Source: Mayamaea pseudoterrestris (Eukaryota). Taken from it: a stretch of DNA of 64,000 nt. The notes below the pieces were generated by a model. It saw only the letters and a program-made list of their open reading frames with translations, did not search any database and was not told the DNA's origin. Below, one piece after another: positions 22,747 through 34,079 of the stretch; positions within the stretch are counted from its first letter, which is position 1, and each line of letters begins with the position of its first letter. Position numbers and translations under genes: made by a program. Where the stretch lies: assembly GCA_027923505.1 (NCBI GenBank), contig BROI01000019.1, positions 186,001 to 250,000 on the forward strand, read 5' to 3'.

Positions 22747-24834
22747 TCACTCAGGAATGCTAGTATCCAGTTCTTCAACTAGCCTTGCCCTCATTTCAGC
22801 AATCGAGTCGGCCAGATCTGCTGCCTCCTCGCTTGTCATGCCTTTTCGGAGACCGAGCTTGTCATCGCCGGCGGCAGCCTGCAGCTTTGCGTAGACACCT
22901 TCTAGAAATTGAGTATTCTCATCGTTGCCAGAAAGTCTCTTGACCGGTGCTGACGCTTCAGGCGCCCTTTCAGTTGCCGCGGAGGCTTGCTGCTCCGGAC
23001 CCTCAATAATGTTGCCTAGTGTCTTCTCCGCCGACACAAAGGCTGCACGTAGAGTCACTAATACTGGCTGCTGCAGTTCCGGTGGACTATTCTTGTACAC
23101 CTGACATGCTGCCTCAATGCAGGCAATCATGCTTCCGACGCGTTCACTAGACGATTGACCGACTGTTGTTGATGCTGCTACGGATGGCCGGCTGGTGCTG
23201 TCACCACCGACAATCGCATCCAGACTCGACACTGCTGATGCCAGCGCCGCGCGCAGCACGCCTAGAACAGATGGCTGAAGTTCTGCCGGACTATTCTTGT
23301 ACATGGTGATGGCGCCTTCCAGTACAACAATGAGACTGTTCACCTTTGTATTCGTGGCCGCGTCACCAGCTCCTTGCCCCATGCTCTGAGGAGCCGACTG
23401 CGTCGCCGACACAGCCGCTGGTACTGAAACACCTTCCTCCTTCAACACTTGCACGAGAACGGTGGACAGGTTTTTGAAAAGGTCGATTTCGTCGCCCTTT
23501 AATCGACCAGCGCCAAAGCCAGGTCCGCCCCGGTGCTTCAAAAGTAGACCCATCAACGTACGAATGTCGGAACGCTTATCATCCTCGGATGGCGGTGCAG
23601 GGTTCGCGGATGGAGTATTAGTTTGCTGCTGCTGTTGCGGCGGCGTGGAGGCGACTGGAGCTTGCGCCTCTGATGCCGGAGCAGCAGGAGTTGGTGCCAC
23701 TCTAAATTGTTGCGTGGAAGGTGCCGACGTCTCCGCAGCAGCAGCATTACCACTGCTCGTCGATGTTGCTGCCTCTGACCCTTGATTTGCCATTGTTCGT
23801 TCTCTCATTTGCTTCATCTTTTCCTTGTAACTAATGCCCGAATAATCCAATGGCACTGGCTTTGACGGCGCCAAGTATTCCGGTTTAAGCATTTCATCCA
23901 TGGACGTTTCCACGGCACCTTGATCAAGTCGCTTGCGCTCCTCCAAGTACGGATTGACTCGCTCCTCAATCTCTTTAATGGACGGATCCTCGAAAACAGC
24001 ATTGGCTTTTTGCGCATCACCCGCCAGCCATGCCTCCTTGCGAATGGCCGAGTCGCGCTTGAGCTGCGCAAAGTACAAGTCGGCCGAGTTTTGAATCTGG
24101 TCCGCGTCGCGGTTGCGGCCGACGCGGCGGCCGTCGGGCGCCAGTACGGCGCCCTGCGGAGGAAAGGCTTGCGGAAAGTTGCCGGGAGTGTTGCGTGATG
24201 GTATTCCTTGGGGTGATGGTTGTTGTTGCTGCTGATTGCCGGCAATCATGCTACGAAACAGCTCGGCCTGCTGCTCGACGGTTAATCCAGCAAGTGCGTC
24301 GGGTGAAATGGCAGCTGCCGATGAAGCGTCTGATTGCACCGGACTCGCTGCCTGCGGCTGGTATGGTTCCACCGTCATTCCCGATGGCATGTTGTTTGGC
24401 GATGCTGCTCCAGAAAATGAACCCCCTTGCGCTTGCCGCTGCTGCGCCTTTTGCAGTAGCTCCTTGAACATGGTTCCACCTTGCGACTCGTCCTTTTCGT
24501 TTTGCTCCTTGATGCGCTGCTTCATTTCCTCGGTAATGACTGCTCCCTTGGTGCCGTCGAGTGGAATCTCGTCGTCGTCGGGAGGAGGCGGCGGCATGTT
24601 GACCAAGTCCTTGCCGAAGCGTGACTGCGCGTAGTAGTCCTCCGTGACGCGCTCGCGCTCGTTTGGATCGGCGGATAGTGAATTGAGGAAATCGTCATTG
24701 TCCCAGCCTTGACCGACGGAGAGTGAAGATTTTGAACGTTGTGTAGAAGTTGATAGTGGCGTCGTCCATGCGATGATTGTTGGAGCGGCGGCGATGGAGA
24801 GGAGAGTGCAAAGGCTGATTGCTGTTATCCTCAT
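22747..24834 (-). CDS. Hypothetical protein, probably plastid-targeted, with an internal duplicated helical domain
   Basis: Signal peptide ending IIA-W plus an S/T-rich transit peptide; two YKNSPxELQ repeats. Confidence 0.75.
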   Translation of the reverse strand: MRITAISLCTLLSIAAAPTIIAWTTPLSTSTQRSKSSLSVGQGWDNDDFLNSLSADPNERERVTEDYYAQSRFGKDLVNMPPPPPDDDEIPLDGTKGAVITEEMKQRIKEQNEKDESQGGTMFKELLQKAQQRQAQGGSFSGAASPNNMPSGMTVEPYQPQAASPVQSDASSAAAISPDALAGLTVEQQAELFRSMIAGNQQQQQPSPQGIPSRNTPGNFPQAFPPQGAVLAPDGRRVGRNRDADQIQNSADLYFAQLKRDSAIRKEAWLAGDAQKANAVFEDPSIKEIEERVNPYLEERKRLDQGAVETSMDEMLKPEYLAPSKPVPLDYSGISYKEKMKQMRERTMANQGSEAATSTSSGNAAAAETSAPSTQQFRVAPTPAAPASEAQAPVASTPPQQQQQTNTPSANPAPPSEDDKRSDIRTLMGLLLKHRGGPGFGAGRLKGDEIDLFKNLSTVLVQVLKEEGVSVPAAVSATQSAPQSMGQGAGDAATNTKVNSLIVVLEGAITMYKNSPAELQPSVLGVLRAALASAVSSLDAIVGGDSTSRPSVAASTTVGQSSSERVGSMIACIEAACQVYKNSPPELQQPVLVTLRAAFVSAEKTLGNIIEGPEQQASAATERAPEASAPVKRLSGNDENTQFLEGVYAKLQAAAGDDKLGLRKGMTSEEAADLADSIAEMRARLVEELDTSIPE

Positions 24835-25140
24835 CCTGTCTCTGCTATCTGCTGCTGTCAAGACAAATAGAGATTGAATAGATTCCGTTTAATTATGCTC
24901 GTTGGAAAAAGATTGATGGCAAGATCAAGTTCTGCTTGCCGTGACGAACGACTGGAAGCGAGGAGAGCGCCATCGTCGTGACGACCTTTGGCGCGCGAGC
25001 GATCATAAGCGTGAATGAAATCCGGTCGTGTTTGACGCTCTGTTTCGTGGATACTTGGGGCGAAACGTCAACCACCAACACCCATCAAAATCTAATTCGA
25101 CCATGGCGATGTGTCCCCACTTTTTCTTATATTGAACACT

Positions 25141-27938
25141 ATGACGATGCTCAAGACTTTCATAATAACGATGATGTCGATGTCTATACTACTGAGATCG
25201 ACTGCTTTTCAAAACTCAGCTTCATTCCTGAGACACCAAAGATCCCAATCATTTCAAAACACCCGACGAACAGTTTCATCCTTTCATCGCTATACATTCA
25301 AAGCCGTTTCGGCATCTACCAATAATGCTCACCTCGTGCAGCAACGCATCCAGGCAGCCCGAGAGAAAAGCGATGCTCGAAAACGTTCGTCACAGGCCAG
25401 AACGCTTCGACACTTGCACGTCAAGCAACTGCTACAAGACAATGACAGCAACAATAGCAATTCATCTACAACAACAACAGTTACACCACCCCCACTCTAT
25501 CAACTCAAAGTAACAGTCTGTGAAGACCTTCGCAAAGACTTGCTGCTGAGTGGTCGAGAGAAGCGAGGACGCGTCTTTGTCGAGCAATCATCCAACGCCA
25601 CTCAGTCGCTCAAGGCGCTCCAAATGGAGCTGCACGGCTTTTTTCGGGCGCTCCGCAAGGGCTCCTATCTACTTTCGGCTGGCTATCCAGTGATTGAAAC
25701 GGATGGAACCATATCAACTGGAGACTTGGATGAAACATGGCCAATTCGCAATGATGAGGATGTTGTCGATATGTTTCGACGAGCCGACGCGTTCTTTGCC
25801 AAGCATGGCAGCAGCAAAAACAACACGACATTTACTTTGAAGCGACCATCGCTCGTCGTTTACGTCCAGCGCGATCCGGACGCTCCTGCCCCTCCACCTT
25901 TACCAGAATATCTACTAGACTTGCCCGATCCAAGCGCAAGTCCAACCATGACAATGCTTTCCTTTTACAGCTTTCCGCCAACCGGCATACACAATCCCGA
26001 AGAGTTTGCCCGACTGCTAAAGTCGCTGTGGAAGCCATTCTCCGCCCTTGGTCGCATTTACGTGGCGCCCGAAGGCGTCAATGCGCAAATGAGTGTTCCG
26101 ACCAACGTTTTGGAGCGCTTCATTGAGTGCTGTCACTCCATTCCGGAGCTTGGCGAATACATGGAGAATGGCATTAACATTGATCCTGTTGCAATATCGC
26201 GCGAGGAGTTTTTCAATGACAGCGAGCAGCCACCGCCGTTTACCAATCTACATGTGCGCGTCCGGAGCAAAATTGTGGCGGACGGACTCGACAAGGCGTA
26301 CGAGTGGCAGCAAGCAGGCTACGACATGCCACCTCTGGAGTGGCACGAAACGCTAAAGCAGGCACGAGAGTTGAAACGACAAGGCCATGAGGAGCAAGCT
26401 CCCATTGTGCTAGACTTTCGCAATGTTTATGAAACGGATGTTGGTCGTTTCGACGGAGCCGAGCCACTTGGTACGACCAACTTTCGCGAAAGCTGGGACG
26501 TTGTGAATGAGCGACTGGCAAGTGTTGACAAAAGTACGCCCATTCTGATGTACTGCACGGGAGGAATTCGATGCGTCAAGGCGGGTGCCTACGTGACGCA
26601 GGAGCTGGGCTTCACCAACGTTTCGCGATTGGCTGGCGGCATTATTGCCTATGATCGCATTTTGCGAGAAAAGGCGGAGGACGAGGAAAGCATGTTCAAG
26701 GGCACCAACTTTGTCTTTGATAACCGGCTGGGACGGCAAATTACGGATGATGCTTTAGGAACCTGCTTGACTTGCGGCGGCGAAACTGCCCTGGTTAGCA
26801 ACTGCCGCAATGAAAACTGCCACAAGAGAATGGTTCAGTGTGAACAGGTGAGGAGTGAAGGAATGATGGCACGTATGTGTAGCTGCGAGCTCGACTGCTG
26901 ACCAACATATTCCTACCTTTGTCGTAGTGTCGAACAAATATGAGAGGAACTTGCTCTGACGCTTGTCAGAATCGCGTGATCAATGGTGAGATGCGACCGC
27001 TTCGGGCGCCTCGATTTAGTGCATATGATGTTGGGACCGAGGCACCAGTTGTATATACGAACCTCGACCAGTATAGTTTGGGTCATTCAACTCCTCCTTC
27101 CTCGATTTACAATGAGATGGAATTGAACACACGAGCGCTAATTCCTTCAGGCTCTCACATGGTGAGTGGAGCAGCTCAAGGCCGGCTTTTAACTCAGCTG
27201 TCATCCATGACAAGAGAAGGACGAATACTCGAGCTTGGCACGTTTACAGGATACGCAACTGTTTGTCTGCTGGAAGGTGCAATGAATGTCGGCAATCTTC
27301 TTGACAGTAGCAGTGGATCGCGAGGATTACGCGAGAGTGGACCTTACGTACTTACAATGGAGCGAGACACTGTGGCATTTAATGTTGCTGCTGCTCATCT
27401 CAAAGTAATTGCAGAGCACGGCCTGGGCGATTCTGCCGCAGAAAATATGTGTCAATATCGAGCTTCCGGCATGCCTAGTTTGCCGAGTGAACCTCTTGTG
27501 ACGTTGGATTGTCAAGGCATCGCTACCTGCGAACTCATGCAAGTTTCGGATGCACTGGCAACAATTGAAGAAATGGCGGCTGGAAAAGGCGACATTCTCC
27601 CAGGTCCATTTGATTTGATCTTTGTTGACGCCGACAAGACTCGTCTTCTGGACTACGCCGAAGCTTGTCTATCGAGCGATCGGCTGCTAAAGAAAGGAGG
27701 CTTACTGGTTGTCGACAATGTGTTGTGGAAAGGCCTCGTCCTCGAGGCTAGCACCGGTAACTTCTCGTCATTACGCGAGACGGATGAGACGGGAGAGGAT
27801 GAATTGCGAAAGAATCGTCGAGCTAGAAAGCTGGCCATGAAGATGCATCGATTCAATAGTGCTATCGTCCAAGATACTCGCGCTGAAGTGCTAGTGCTGC
27901 CAATGCGTGATGGACTGAGTGTCATACGGAAGAAGTAG
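25141..27938 (+). CDS. trhO: TrhO (UPF0176 rhodanese) - class I O-methyltransferase fusion, ~905 aa, putatively plastid-targeted; intron 26848-26927
   Basis: TrhO motifs GRIYVAPEGVN, DFRNVYE..GRF, YCTGGIRC, LAGGI..Y, FKGTNFVFDNR. A phase-0 intron joins QCEQ|CRTNMRGTCSDAC. Methyltransf_3 motifs LELGTFTGY, FDLIFVDADK, GGLLVVDNVLWKG, LPMRDGL. Confidence 0.9.
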
Positions 27939-28262
27939 ACTGGATGATAGCATTAATCGAAATGCATAATTACGGAACTAACTATAAAAAAACCTTGGCT
28001 CAACACATATCTCTCTCCTTGGCCATAAATTGTACATTCCTTGCGGCATCTATCTTCGCTCTAGTGCTCCATCTAAGTTGCAAAGGATTACTTCTTGTCT
28101 CCTCTAAGAGACTACATAGCAGCAGAGGTATTATTTCAATAACGCTGCCGCGGAAGGAAAGCTTTCTAACATACACAGCTGAAGTCATTTATAGTCGCGT
28201 ATTGGCGGACGTTCGGAACTGCCTCTGCTGCATTAATAACCAACAACCAGCGTTTTTTCTGT

Positions 28263-29633
28263 CTACAATTTAAAGTGAGCTGCATAACGCTTCAGTATTT
28301 CCTGATAGATCTGTCGGTCATCCGACTCGGAATCCGGATGAAACACAAGATCCTTGATCCAAAGCGTTGCACGGTGCGATATCCGTTGACTCTCGGCTTG
28401 ATGCTGCAGCATCCACTGGATCATTTCTTCAACATTGGACAAGTCGCTACTGAATGGAATGTAGTGCACCCACGGCTCCAACAACTCCTCCATGGCCCAT
28501 GACGTGAACTTTGGCGGTGGCATTAACACAACCGATTGCGACAGCAACGCCCACTTGAGTCCGGACGAAACGTCGTTGCCTTCCAAAATGATGATGCCCT
28601 TGTAGCGCAACATTTCGTAAAGAGGCAGCTCGGGACCAACAAGGTTAACTCCGTTGACATGCGGTGGTAAATGATTTAACAGCTTTGTCAACTTGGCGTC
28701 AATGAGACTGGAAGATGCGTATTGGTATGCGAGCTGGCAGCGAGGAAGCTCGAAACAGTCAATCGTGTGATTCTGCAAGCCCTTACCAGTGGCAGCTCCC
28801 CGAAAAATGGCCATGTTTCTTTTATCCTTCCAGTGTCTATCGTTTCGTGGAACGAGATATAGATCGCGATAGTGGCGCTTGGCGTTTAGCTTCCAAATGA
28901 TTGGCTGAATGTTGTGTTTGCTTTGGCGCAAGTCGTGGCACTTTGCAGGACGCGCCTGCGCCACCACGTCCAGCGTCTGATCTCGTTTTGGTCGAGATGC
29001 TCGAAACTTTTTGACGTGTGGCACTATTGGATCGTAGAGCAGCTCATGGCCATTCGCACTGTACGCTCGTGCATAGTCCTCATCGCCAAACTGCATCAGA
29101 ATTGGAATGTGCTCGTTCCATGAAATGGTAGTTTTGGCCTCTCTAATCGTTGCAAGACTCTCGGAGCAGTACGGCCCAATCGGCCATTTTCGGTGACTGC
29201 ATTCTGCAAGTGACTCTGGATTGTAGTAGAAAATGGTTGATACCTCGACATGCGGTCGAACGCCAAAGACGCGAGGTTGATGCGTATCATTCATTGCCAT
29301 TTCTGTAACGTATACAATGTCGCTGCCAGCCTCTAATTGTCGATGCACAACCTTTTCTCCGCCACATGATTCAGCGAACCAATCTCCCATGTACAATTCG
29401 ACTCGTTCTTGAACAGACGGAAATCGATAGGGTCGAAAGTCGCGTTCCGTTCTTGATTGATACGACGGCACGATAAAGTAGGTTGATCGACCGAGCTGGA
29501 ACAACAAGAGACATGCAACTAAAATCTGTAGAGCTTTAGTTTGCACCAAATCTCGAAATGATCTTCTTCTTGCGTCATAAGTCTTGTCTTTTGATGAGCG
29601 AGGCAGCGCTTGTCGTCGGTTGGACAAGGCCAT
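28263..29633 (-). CDS. Glycosyltransferase family 90 (CAP10/KDELC-like), type II membrane protein
   Basis: N-terminal TM; WKDK...IFRGAATG; YKGIIILEGNDVSSGLKWAL; LEPWVHYIP. Confidence 0.88.
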   Translation of the reverse strand: MALSNRRQALPRSSKDKTYDARRRSFRDLVQTKALQILVACLLLFQLGRSTYFIVPSYQSRTERDFRPYRFPSVQERVELYMGDWFAESCGGEKVVHRQLEAGSDIVYVTEMAMNDTHQPRVFGVRPHVEVSTIFYYNPESLAECSHRKWPIGPYCSESLATIREAKTTISWNEHIPILMQFGDEDYARAYSANGHELLYDPIVPHVKKFRASRPKRDQTLDVVAQARPAKCHDLRQSKHNIQPIIWKLNAKRHYRDLYLVPRNDRHWKDKRNMAIFRGAATGKGLQNHTIDCFELPRCQLAYQYASSSLIDAKLTKLLNHLPPHVNGVNLVGPELPLYEMLRYKGIIILEGNDVSSGLKWALLSQSVVLMPPPKFTSWAMEELLEPWVHYIPFSSDLSNVEEMIQWMLQHQAESQRISHRATLWIKDLVFHPDSESDDRQIYQEILKRYAAHFKL

Positions 29634-29868
29634 GGTCGATTAGCAGGTTTTACAAGACGAATGATGCAAATCCGTGCAGTGTCGTACCGGGACTTTAAAT
29701 CGTACCGGTACTTCTGCGACATCACGACACGTTCGCCGCGCCCGCGGCCATCATCGTCGCTTCATTGATGCATTTCGCTGGTCGTCTCCATCAGTTTTCC
29801 TTTTTCGCCGCAATACACTTCAAGCAACATTTTACTAGAGACAGGTTTATCATTCTTCAGAGTTGATT

Positions 29869-32814
29869 ATGGATGCGGAGATAGTAACGGCCGATACACA
29901 GGAGGGTCGACAACATGTGCCAGCAGAAGAACATGATTCAATCGTGCCAACCAATTTACTTCCAGCCTACTTGGCCGAAGCTTTTGAAGACTTGTACGCG
30001 GAGGATGGCTTGGCAGTTCTGGGACGCGGGCTTGGAGCTCTTCCTCTTCTCGCTAGCTTGGTTCGATACTACGCCGACACTGAGGAAGGTCACGTTGCCA
30101 CTCTGCGAGAGGAAAACAACAAACATGCAGCAGTCAACAATGCACCCATCAAGCCTCCTCTTGTTATAATACTTGGATTAAAGGACGACGAAGGTAAAGC
30201 TCTACTGCATATACTACAAAGCTGGGGAACGCCAAGTCACATGCTTCCAACCTTTGTCACCAACGAATCTGGTCAGTCCAACGATCGCGCACCCCTCTAC
30301 TGCAGGGGCGGTGTGTTGAGCATTACCAGTCGCATTTTGATTGTTGATTTACTTTCTCATGTCGTGTCAAGCAATGACATTGACGGTATGCTCGTCTTTC
30401 ACGCCGAAAACGTTGTTCCTGAATCCATGGAGGCCTTTATTTTGCGCATCTTTTACACTCAAAAGCAACCATTTGCATCCGGCTTTTGCAAGGCCGTCAG
30501 TCAAGACCCCGAAAAGCTAATGATGGGTTTCGCCAAGGTGGACAAGATTATGAAGGCTCTCAATGTGCAGCGACTGTATTTATATCCACGCTTCCAGCAT
30601 TCCATTCGCGAGGAACTGGAGCGTCAACCACCCGCTGTATTGGAGCTGTTTCAGAAACTCACGCCGCTGCAAAAGGAAATGCAAGCAGCCATTGTCGCGG
30701 CAGTTCAAAGCGTTGTGCGCGAACTAAAGTCGTCGACAAAGGTAATTACTTGGACGGAAGCTGACTTGCGCATTGAAAATTGTGTGTCAAGCTCGTTTGA
30801 TCGAGCCATTTCGCGGCAGTTGGAAAAGGATTGGCATAGGCTATCGCCGCAAACCAAGCAACTGGTACAGGACTTGCGCACACTCCGGACATTGTTTCAG
30901 GGACTCATTCACTACGACTGCATTACCTTTTACACGCTGCTGCGAAACCTAAAGACCACGTCGGCCAAGACGAGGTACCCCAGCATGTGGCTCTTGACGC
31001 CGGCGGCGGATGTTTTGTTTCGCAAGGCCAAGGAGCGATGCTATAGATTGTCGCGTCCAAAACCAACCAAAAAGTGTGCCAATCCAGTGGCAACACTAAC
31101 GGCAGTGTTGGAGCCGAATCCAAAGTGGAACATGCTTGTGCAAGTGCTGGACGAGATTCGTCATGAACATGACAAGAAGGCTAACGATGGTCCGACAACA
31201 ATTCTTGTCATGGTTGACACGGAACGCACGTTGGAAAGTGTCAAGTCGCACTTGGCGGACGGAACGAGTCGGACGTTGAGGATTCGGTGGCTGCGATACC
31301 TTGAAAGCGTCAATGACCGCGCACGGCAAAGAATCAAGGGAGACGGAAACATGCCAGAGGAGGACCGTTTACTCATGGAGGAGGAAAGTCGAGTACGAAG
31401 ACTTTTGTTTGGTGAAAATCATGACAAGAAAAGTGGGACGCGCAAGAAAAAACTCAACGAGGTTCCTGATCATATCAAGAAGCGGCGTCGGGTAGCTGCA
31501 GAAAAGGGGCGTGGTGAAGCTACGCATCAAAAGGAGGATTTGGAACGCGAAGCTGTGTTGGACGATGCCGTAGAAGCAGCCGAACATGCACTTGATAGAA
31601 TCGAAGAAGAAAATGAAATACGTGACTTTTACCAGTCGGAGGAGCTCATGTTTTGCCCCACGAACCCAAACGAGCTGCGAGTTGTTTTGAAGAGCTACTC
31701 GAGCATTGAAGGAGGCGACGCTTCATTGCTGCTGCACGAAGCTCGTCCCGCATATGTAGTGTTGTACGATGCAGATGTTTGCTTCATTCGAGCAGTTGAA
31801 GTTTACACCGCGTTACAAGAGGAGCGAGAGTTGCAAAAGGTCTACCTCTTACTCTTCGAAGCAAGCGCCGAAGAGAAAACATTTGTCAAGTCACTTGAGC
31901 GGGAGCAGAATGCATTTGAGCGACTTATTCACCATAAGAAGACGATGGCTCCTCCAGTCATTCAAGTGCAGGCGACTCAAGAAATGCAACAAGCAATGCT
32001 GAGCTCTGGTGTCGTCGGCAGTTACAACAATGGCACGCTGCCGCTAGCTTGTGACACCAGGCGAGGTCGCGGACGGCTTGATCTTTCCAAGGAGCGAAGT
32101 GAAATTATTGTGGATGTTCGTGAGTTTCGATCGTCTCTTCCTTCTATACTGCATCAAGGAGGCATGGATCTTGCGCCTGTAACACTGACGGTTGGCGACT
32201 TTGTGTTGAGCAGCGTACATTGTATAGAGCGCAAGAGCATAAGTGATCTCTTTGGTTCGTTTGCCAGTGGTCGATTATATACTCAAGCGGAAGCCATGAG
32301 TAAGCATTACAATGTCCCATGCCTTCTGATTGAATTTGATCCCAACAAATCGTTTGGGCTGCAAAATGCAAATGAGCTTGGATCAGATATCCGAAAAGAC
32401 TCCATCATCACAAAGCTTTCCGTGTTGACAATCCACTTTCCTCGACTTCGCATTCTCTGGTCTCGAAGCCCTCACGATACCTTGAAACTGTTTCGAAAGC
32501 TAAAGCGAAACCATGAGGAACCAGATTTGGAGCGTGCGCTCCAAGTTGGTCGGAGCGATTCGATTGAATCATTGCTGGAATCGAAACAAGGAGACGGTAG
32601 TATTGACGAAAGTGACGAAATAAACGAAGCAGCTCGCAATGTACTTCTTTCGCTACCCGGGGTGACAGTTCATACAGCACGACGTATCATGGATGAATGT
32701 GAAACACTGGGTGAGCTAGCTGAAATGTCTCGAGATGACCTTCGACGCATTGCCGGGCCGATTACCGGGCAACGCCTGTTCACATTTTTCCGACAAAAAC
32801 TAGGATCGACATAA
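29869..32814 (+). CDS. ERCC4: DNA repair endonuclease XPF/Rad1
   Basis: SITSRILIVDLL; LYPRF; EPNPKW; IIVDVREFRSSLP; VGDFVLS..CIERKSISDL (ERKxxxD); HhH motif SLPGV. Confidence 0.96.
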   Translation: MDAEIVTADTQEGRQHVPAEEHDSIVPTNLLPAYLAEAFEDLYAEDGLAVLGRGLGALPLLASLVRYYADTEEGHVATLREENNKHAAVNNAPIKPPLVIILGLKDDEGKALLHILQSWGTPSHMLPTFVTNESGQSNDRAPLYCRGGVLSITSRILIVDLLSHVVSSNDIDGMLVFHAENVVPESMEAFILRIFYTQKQPFASGFCKAVSQDPEKLMMGFAKVDKIMKALNVQRLYLYPRFQHSIREELERQPPAVLELFQKLTPLQKEMQAAIVAAVQSVVRELKSSTKVITWTEADLRIENCVSSSFDRAISRQLEKDWHRLSPQTKQLVQDLRTLRTLFQGLIHYDCITFYTLLRNLKTTSAKTRYPSMWLLTPAADVLFRKAKERCYRLSRPKPTKKCANPVATLTAVLEPNPKWNMLVQVLDEIRHEHDKKANDGPTTILVMVDTERTLESVKSHLADGTSRTLRIRWLRYLESVNDRARQRIKGDGNMPEEDRLLMEEESRVRRLLFGENHDKKSGTRKKKLNEVPDHIKKRRRVAAEKGRGEATHQKEDLEREAVLDDAVEAAEHALDRIEEENEIRDFYQSEELMFCPTNPNELRVVLKSYSSIEGGDASLLLHEARPAYVVLYDADVCFIRAVEVYTALQEERELQKVYLLLFEASAEEKTFVKSLEREQNAFERLIHHKKTMAPPVIQVQATQEMQQAMLSSGVVGSYNNGTLPLACDTRRGRGRLDLSKERSEIIVDVREFRSSLPSILHQGGMDLAPVTLTVGDFVLSSVHCIERKSISDLFGSFASGRLYTQAEAMSKHYNVPCLLIEFDPNKSFGLQNANELGSDIRKDSIITKLSVLTIHFPRLRILWSRSPHDTLKLFRKLKRNHEEPDLERALQVGRSDSIESLLESKQGDGSIDESDEINEAARNVLLSLPGVTVHTARRIMDECETLGELAEMSRDDLRRIAGPITGQRLFTFFRQKLGST

Positions 32815-33269
32815 CTTACAAAACATCCTTTCAAGAAATAGTACGTTGTGATGCTATGTAAGTTGTCCCGCCAGTCATATTTTGCGGTTGCTCGCGACTC
32901 CAATTTCTGCGGGTGCAACCTTAGGAAAGATTTCCCTCTCTTGAAACGCAGCTTGTCCTTGCATTGCCTGCAATTAATCATCGGTTTTCAGCCTTTGGAT
33001 ATATCACTTTCATCGACAGGAGTGCGGCTGCATCTACCTTGACGACCTGCAAGCAATGTCATTGGTTTCGGGGTTCCGGGTTGTACAGAATCGTCCTCGC
33101 GCACTAACGCGAGCGCGCGAGCCTCGCCCCATCCACAAAACAGTTGTTGTCCAATCGACCACTTCTTTTTGGCTTTTCCTGTCTTCACTTCCTCGTAGGC
33201 AGCTTAATTCTATTGATTCAAGCTTCAACTGGTGCACGTAACCAGAGCAGGACAACCGCAGATCAGAAA

Positions 33270-34079
33270 ATGAAGAATCAAAGAATGCAAGAAGACGACG
33301 ACCAGCTTGATTCACAGTTCATTCGAGTCGTTGCTCCAGCGACGTTGGAGCAAGGCTATACATTCGACGTCATGCTTCATGGAGAAGCATTTACTGTCAC
33401 TGTACCGGAAGGAGGAGTCACCAAGGGCGAGGAGTTTGAAATCCCATACCCGACGCTGTCGACGGAGGAAACAGTCACTGGCCAAGCATGGACGGACGAT
33501 GATGTTGCCAATGACGACGGAAGCATTGACAAGGAACCAATCCAACATGAGCAACATATTAACGAAGAAACTACATCTAGCACAAAACTGGTTGCTGGTC
33601 GCTGGCGTCACTCGCTCTGCAGTTGCTGCGACGTGTTCACGCAGGCCACCTTTTGGTTGGGCCTTTGCTGCACCCCCGTTTTGATGGCCCAACTCGTGAC
33701 GCGCCTCAAGCTTGACTGGCAAGGCCGCAGCAACGCGAGTCGAGAGGAAGTCAGTCTATCCTTCAACAAGATTATGTTGAGTTTCATTGCCGTCTTGATG
33801 CTTGGATACATTCCAGTCGTTGGATTGTTCATTATTGTGGCATACTTGATTCTGATAATCACATGCGTCGGACGCAACGTCCGGGGATCCATGCGACGCA
33901 AGTACAACATACGGTCTTCCACATGTTGCTGCGAGCCACTGGATGATTGCTTGTGCATGTGTTTGTGCGGTGGTTGCTCGACGATTCAAATGGCGCGGCA
34001 TACGCACAATGATAAGGAGTATCCTGGCTACTGCTGCACAACAACTGGACTGGAGCAGGATGCTCCAGAAGTAGTTTAA
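33270..34079 (+). CDS. PLAC8-family Cys-rich membrane protein
   Basis: GRWRHSLCSCC, CCTPVLMAQL, R.KYNI, DCLCMCLCGGCSTIQMARH. Confidence 0.85.
   Translation: MKNQRMQEDDDQLDSQFIRVVAPATLEQGYTFDVMLHGEAFTVTVPEGGVTKGEEFEIPYPTLSTEETVTGQAWTDDDVANDDGSIDKEPIQHEQHINEETTSSTKLVAGRWRHSLCSCCDVFTQATFWLGLCCTPVLMAQLVTRLKLDWQGRSNASREEVSLSFNKIMLSFIAVLMLGYIPVVGLFIIVAYLILIITCVGRNVRGSMRRKYNIRSSTCCCEPLDDCLCMCLCGGCSTIQMARHTHNDKEYPGYCCTTTGLEQDAPEVV

Noticed and set aside
26940..27938. Stand-alone O-methyltransferase gene
   Set aside because: An in-frame intron links it to the upstream TrhO ORF, and its first residues complete the TrhO Cys cluster.
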